In this document: positions 58,785 to 64,000 of the stretch, piece after piece
Position numbering within the stretch: position 1 is the stretch's first letter
Layout of the letters: each line of letters opens with the position of its first letter
From: the human T2T-CHM13v2.0 reference genome, Homo sapiens
Reading direction: 5' to 3' (one strand)
NCBI RefSeq assembly: GCF_009914755.1
Contig: NC_060928.1
Length of the DNA: 64,000 bases
The notes under the pieces: model-generated
What the model was told of the DNA's origin: nothing
Database searches by the model: none
What the model saw: only the letters and a program-made list of their open reading frames with translations
Made by a program: the position numbers and the translations under genes

Positions 58785-59005
58785 GTTATTCAGACGTTTG
58801 ATCGGGAGGAGGCAGATCAAAGTCTGAAAAATATCTGGCCCTTATAAGCTGAGTGACCTTGACAAATTTCTTTTTGACCTCTCCAAGTGTCAATTTCCTC
58901 ATCTGTCAACTGGGATAATAACCGTGTTTCTCTCAGACTGTGCATGCGAAAAGACTTGGCCCAAATATCTGAAATGTTTGAAATAGTAAATAAATTTGAG
59001 TTATT
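58785..59005 (+). mobile_element. MIR SINE
   Basis: taagctgagtgaccttgacaa...caatttcctcatctgtcaactgggataata. Confidence 0.78.
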
Positions 59006-59229
59006 TTTCATGCCACTTCTTTTTTTTTCTCTTCTATTCCTCACTCTCTTCCTGTTACTATTTCCTCAAACTCTCACAACTTGCTCTGATAATTAAATCT
59101 TACCTTGCTGTTAATGAAGATTTCATGGTAAATATCTAAAGATGTCTTCATTTAAAAATAAACACTTCCTAGTTTGTGGTGATTTAACCCTTTAATTCTT
59201 TTTGAACCTCAAGTGCAGAGGTTTGATTT

Positions 59230-59800
59230 AATTCATTTATTATTTAATTTGTTATTCTGTTTGTGTTTTTGTAGACTGTGTATTTCTATTTTATTTGCAG
59301 GTATCTTAATTTATGTAAATGGTAATACTGTGTGTTAGATCTTAGTCTTTTTCATGCTTCTTTCACTCCACAGGCTATTTTTCAGATCCAGCCAAGTTGT
59401 TAAGTGTATGCTGGTCTCTCGTCTTTAATTGTTGTGTAGTACTCGCCAGTGGGCATCAATTCAAAGCTTTTAAACTTTCACAAAAGAACTTCTAAAGACT
59501 GAGGAGAGTGAAGATACATCCCCTCAGCCTCTCAAAGGGGAGCCCAGAGCTCTAGGCCCATATTCCTTTGAAATAATTTGATTTATTATTTAAAAAGAAA
59601 TCATGTGATTTTTGCATCCTATTTCATAATATGTCCATGTTTGGTTACTATAAAAACAACATTGGGGTTATGGCTGAGTTGTTTAATTGTTATTTTCACT
59701 ATATCTAGAAAAATGACACTCTAGGAAAATGTACCAATTTTTTTTTTCCTGTTGAGTGTCCATATTCCCTGCGCACTGCCACATATCCCAAGTTTGAGAA
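59230..59800. mobile_element. Very old L1M fragment followed by hAT-Charlie-type relic
   Basis: ttttcagatccagccaagttgtt...tttaattgttgtgtagtactc (reverse L1M); cccaagtttgagaagcatg (hAT terminus). Confidence 0.45.
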
Positions 59801-60229
59801 GCATGGTCTTAATCTAAAATAAGCAGTTTCTAAAAGTAGGATTTCAGGAAACATTTTGCTTGGGAGACAAAGAATAATACTTAAATTGCTTCTTATTAGG
59901 AACTTCAGCTCTGATCAATATACTTAGCACTAAATACTTGAAATATGTCACTTCCCACAGTAAATAGTCGAGGCTACTGTCTTCCACTCCAAGTTAACCA
60001 TAAAAATATGGAATAACTAAATGTGTTCCTAAATAAATGCTTTTGAAAGAAGCTAAGTCTTTAGGAGATTTGCCATGGGGTACCTGTAGAATGGCACCAT
60101 GGGGAGTCTTATATAGGGTTTCAATGAATCTCCCTTTATTTCCATTAACAATTTCCCAAGCCATCTAGAACAACCATATAATCCAAGCAATAACTTCAGA
60201 TGCCACCCCTTCCAGCCAGGTGGTTTCCC

Positions 60230-60597
60230 ACAACTATTTCCTAGACAGACATTCTAGAGCCACCACATTTCTGTCTTCGTGACTTTGGAAATGCTGTTTT
60301 AAGTCTTCCCTCTGTCTTTCACTGATCATTCTTTGTGGTTCAGACAGAGGCTTACCTATTCTATGGTACTTTCCCAAATTCCATTTATTATTGTGTTTCT
60401 CTGAACTTCCTTGTCACTTAAAGTTTCCTTAACTTATTCCTTATAATTTACCCTGTTGCTTGTGTGCTTAACTTGATTGTAAACTCCTTGTTGAAAAGAA
60501 CTATATTTTATATATTTTTTAGAATTTCCCTGGGCACCTCGCACAGAAGTGGACATATAGTAAGCTCTCAATGAATACTTATTATTTGATTGAATTG
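60230..60597 (+). mobile_element. L2 fragment with 3' end
   Basis: cttgattgtaaactccttg...acatatagtaagctctcaatgaatactt. Confidence 0.7.
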
Positions 60598-60643
60598 CCA
60601 GCCCTTAGCATGTTTGGTTGAATTTCAATTGTACATGCTGTAA

Positions 60644-60810
60644 GCCTTGGTACTCAAAGTGTGGATCACAGGCTAAGAACATGAGCATCACTGGGGAGCT
60701 TGTTAGAATTGTAGAATCTGGGTCCCACCTCAGACTCACTGAATCTGAGTCAGCATTCAACACGGTCTCCTGGCTGATTCATATGCACATTAACCTTGAG
60801 ACATACCTAG
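60644..60810. mobile_element. MER5A hAT-Charlie MITE
   Basis: tactcaaagtgtgg...agcatcactggggagcttgttagaa...gaatctgggtcccacctcagac...tgattcatatgcacatt. Confidence 0.88.
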
Positions 60811-60949
60811 TGTTCTTCCAAGCTCGCAGTGTCAGTAGGTTAACAAATTCTATAAATACTCAAATGTCAGAATCATTCAATGTCATCTAAAGCTTAAAGA
60901 ATATAAAATAACATGTTGAAGGTTCAGAAAATCTTCTAAAACTTGATAT

Positions 60950-62005
60950 CTAGGCTGTATTCCTGGGTGAAATCTGGCACACTCCTTGTTTTTTGTGTAG
61001 CCTTTTGATATGGGAGGGGGGCAGGGAAGTGCTGGGTAGAGAAGGGTGAGGTCCTTGGTGAGGGCTCCACCCTCAGGCCTGCATCTGTCGACCTAAGTGA
61101 GAACAGGTACTCCTGTTTTCATGCCCGACTGTTGCATTTTCCCAAACCACTGTGGCCTGCCACACTCCCACACACAAGTGGCTGAACATGGAGAGGAGCA
61201 GCGGACAGCAGCAGTGAGCAGCAGTGCGGGATGGCAGAGAAGGAGGGAAGAAGCACCTGAATGTCAAGAGGAGTTCGCAGAGAACAGTCAAACTCCAGGG
61301 TATGATTATCTCTCCCACCCCTTCACCTTCCGGCTCCCCATCCATCTCACTGAGAGCCACCTCCACCATCAATAAAACCTTGCACTGATCCTTCAAGCCT
61401 GCACGTCACTTGATTTTTCCAGGATACTGGGCAAGAGCTCAAGATACAGAAGGCTGTCACCCTGGCCCTGGGTCCTTGCAATAAGGCAGAGGGTCCATTG
61501 AGCTGATTAACATTCAAGCTGTCTTCAGATGGCAAAGCTGAAAGAGGTTTGTAATACTGGGGTTGCAGGCACTCACTCCTACATACTACCACAGGGCCGA
61601 GAGCCCAAAGCCCTCGCCCAGGCCTCTGCACCTGCCTGCCTGCATGCTCCCGCTAGGGGTTTGAGCTGCCCGGAGATGGAACAGGCAAGCCACACCCCTG
61701 CTACCTGTCCCACGAAGGGAATCAGAGAACTCTCCCATTTCACTATGAATTAAGAATTTTTTTTTTACATTTTCAAATGGTTAACAAAATCAAAAATAAT
61801 TTCATGACACATGAACATTATATAAAATCAAATTTTAGTATCTGTAATAAAGTTTTATTGCAATGCAGCCACACCCATTGGTTTACACAATGTCTTTCAC
61901 TCTACAACACCAAAGCTTTGTAGTTGTGACAGAGACCATATGGCCAGTAAAGCTGAAACTATTTTCTATGTGGCCCTTTACAGAAGAAGGTTTGTTGGTC
62001 TGTGA
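60950..62005 (-). mobile_element. MER58B split by the LTR1-family LTR
   Basis: aaatctggcacactccttgttttttgtgtagcc|...aagaatttttttttacattttcaaatgg...tggccctttacagaagaaggtttg. Confidence 0.75.
61006..61742 (+). mobile_element. Solo ERV1 LTR, LTR1 family (HUERS-P2-associated)
   Basis: TGATATGGGAGGGGGGCAGGGAAGTGCTGGGTAGAG start, CA end, AATAAA at 61371, 4-bp TSD cttt/ctat. Confidence 0.85.
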
Positions 62006-62101
62006 TCTAGATTCATGCTTATAGACTGTGATCTAGATTCATGATCTAGATTCTAGCTAAACTTGTGGAAAACGAACCATGAACTTTAGACATTCATCGC
62101 C

Positions 62102-62265
62102 TTTTTTTTTTTTTTTTTGAGACAGGGTCTCATTTTTTTGCCCAGGGCAGAGTGCAGTGGTATGATCATAGCTCACTGCAGCCTTGGACTCTTGGGCTCA
62201 AATGATGTTCTCACCTTGGCCTCCCAAAGTGCTGGAATTACAGGCATAAGCCACCCTGCACAGCC
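62102..62265 (-). mobile_element. FRAM-like Alu monomer
   Basis: A single monomer of about 165 bp with right-arm sequence and poly-T. Confidence 0.88.
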
Positions 62266-64000
62266 TATTTGTTGACTTTAATATTCTATGTATGCATAAC
62301 ATAGGGGGATGCACAAGCTGCATTATACAATTACCTGCTGTGGAAAATTCTTTTGAAATATTTCAAAGTCATTGTCTTGTGGAATAACAGCTTTCTTTTC
62401 TAACCAGTCACAGGAAGTAAGAGAAATAAAAGTGCTTGAAAATATCCAGTATGTCATTGTCATTTATAACTCAGTAAGCTATTACAGTTTTGTCAGGTCC
62501 AATCTCTAAGGAGGTGAATGAAAATATATATCTTGGGCAATTTGACCCCTATCAACATCATGCATCGTGGTTACTCTGACATCCGAAGAAGAGCAATTCT
62601 GCTCTGTTAACTTGAAGACTCGAAGTTAGTGGTAAAGGTCACTCCCTCCTTCACCTTTAGCTACTGGATATCAGATTGAAATTAAAGTGAGGAGGTCTGG
62701 AGAAGGTGTTCTACATCTTCTGTCAAATTAGCCTAATCCTCATTAAGTTGTCTTGCTAATTCAGCATGTTTGAAGGGCTCCTGACACTATGAGAAATGTC
62801 ACCCTATTACTTTAAAGGACTTAAAGGATATGAAGCTTCTTGGTTTGAGTCAATTCCTCCCGGATGCACCCTAGGGCTTAGGGGTGTGTGTGCCCTTCTT
62901 AGCTGCTTGCAGGATTGCTGTGCATCCTTGTGTTTAGCAATACAGAATGGCAGCTACATTGATTGGCTGAATAAAACATAAGACAGGAGAAATCCGAAGG
63001 CTGCCTGAAGTACTTGTGTTCTTACATCCTTCACATGCAAGATTTGTTAAAGCAAATAAGTGATACTGTAAAAATAAATGTAATGTAAAAGGTGATAGGT
63101 TATCAAATGTTTGCACTCTAAAATTTAAATAAAATCCCACCAGAAATATTTAAGTGCTGAATTTCAAGTTCCTGCTTGAAACAATTCGTTTTGAAAAGTG
63201 TATTGTTTAGTTGACAGCTTGCTGGATGACACGCAGTAAAGTGTGGGTTATGCTCTCCTCACTAGTAAAATACGTTTCGAGCCATTCTACTTCTGGGTAA
63301 TTCATATTCTTTGCTGTATACACTGTGAATACCTGGCTTCTTTCAAATCACTTTCTCTGATGATAAGCAGCCACCACAACACTGTAGGGTTTACTTTAGA
63401 TGAGGGACTGGAAATGAAATTAGCCATTTAAATAAAACACAAACAATGAAAAAATGTGAACCCGTAACTACTTTACTTTTCTTCCATTCACCTTTTGGGA
63501 AGAATTAGAGTGAGTTAAGAAAGAGAAGCTCGACAGTGGGTATGATATCAAGCTTGAAGTGAATTGGAAAATGTCACCCAAGAGTCTCTAGGTTTCACCA
63601 ACCTGGGGTTGCAAATGGGACCATGATAATAATAGTAGCCAGAATGTTATTATTTCTTGCTCCAAATTTTAATACTGAAGCACCAGGCAAAATCCTCAGC
63701 CTGGTGCCGGTGTCCTCCTTCCTAGCCCTATTGATTTTTCCAGACACTAAGGTCTCAGAGGGCACTGCTTCTGTTGGGCCAGGCACCACAATTGATGCGC
63801 CACAGTCCTCAAAGTGCCTAAATTGGGCTGGGTGCTCAGTGAATCAGGAGAAAATGTCTCTCTCCTCTTTGATAGACTGTTCTGGAGGTCCCAGTATGGT
63901 GCTCTTGTGCATCAATATTTTACAATGCAAAGAAATCCTTGAAATGTTTACTTACAAATCTTTTTTTTTTTTTTTTACATTTTAAAATATATTTATTGAT

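Noticed and set aside
63623-63985. 120-aa ORF and 9-bp hairpin gcaccaggc/gcctggtgc (63680-63707)
   Set aside because: No homology recognised, the ORF ends in a poly-T run, and a 9-bp stem can easily arise by chance.

Overview
Primate, almost certainly human-like, nuclear DNA: AT-rich, CpG-depleted and intergenic or deep intronic. No host protein-coding gene, RNA gene, CpG island or CRISPR array is supported. Every long ORF in the track is LINE-1, Alu, LTR or microsatellite derived, or looks random. Much of the window is interspersed repeat. This includes a full-length, inactivated L1PA4/5-type LINE-1 (40346-46288, minus), an older twin-primed L1, a young 176-bp L1PA2-type stub, ten Alus plus a FRAM-like monomer, two MaLR proviruses that keep both LTRs, a solo LTR1-family LTR, many L2/MIR relics and several hAT MERs. 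Structure not explained by the repeats: (i) two local fold-back inverted duplications, about 340-bp arms at 971-2400 (about 92% identical, 7 vs 0 CpGs) and about 149-bp arms at 54760-55168 (about 96% identical, copying a MER58A/MIR junction); (ii) a private deletion in the L1 5'UTR that appears to overlap the ZNF93-escape region; (iii) a 69-nt pre-miRNA-like hairpin in unique sequence; (iv) repeat-free, homeobox-motif-rich blocks resembling conserved enhancers; (v) three candidate + strand micro-exons. Repeat subfamily calls come from remembered consensus sequences, boundaries of old elements are approximate, and identities were counted by hand.
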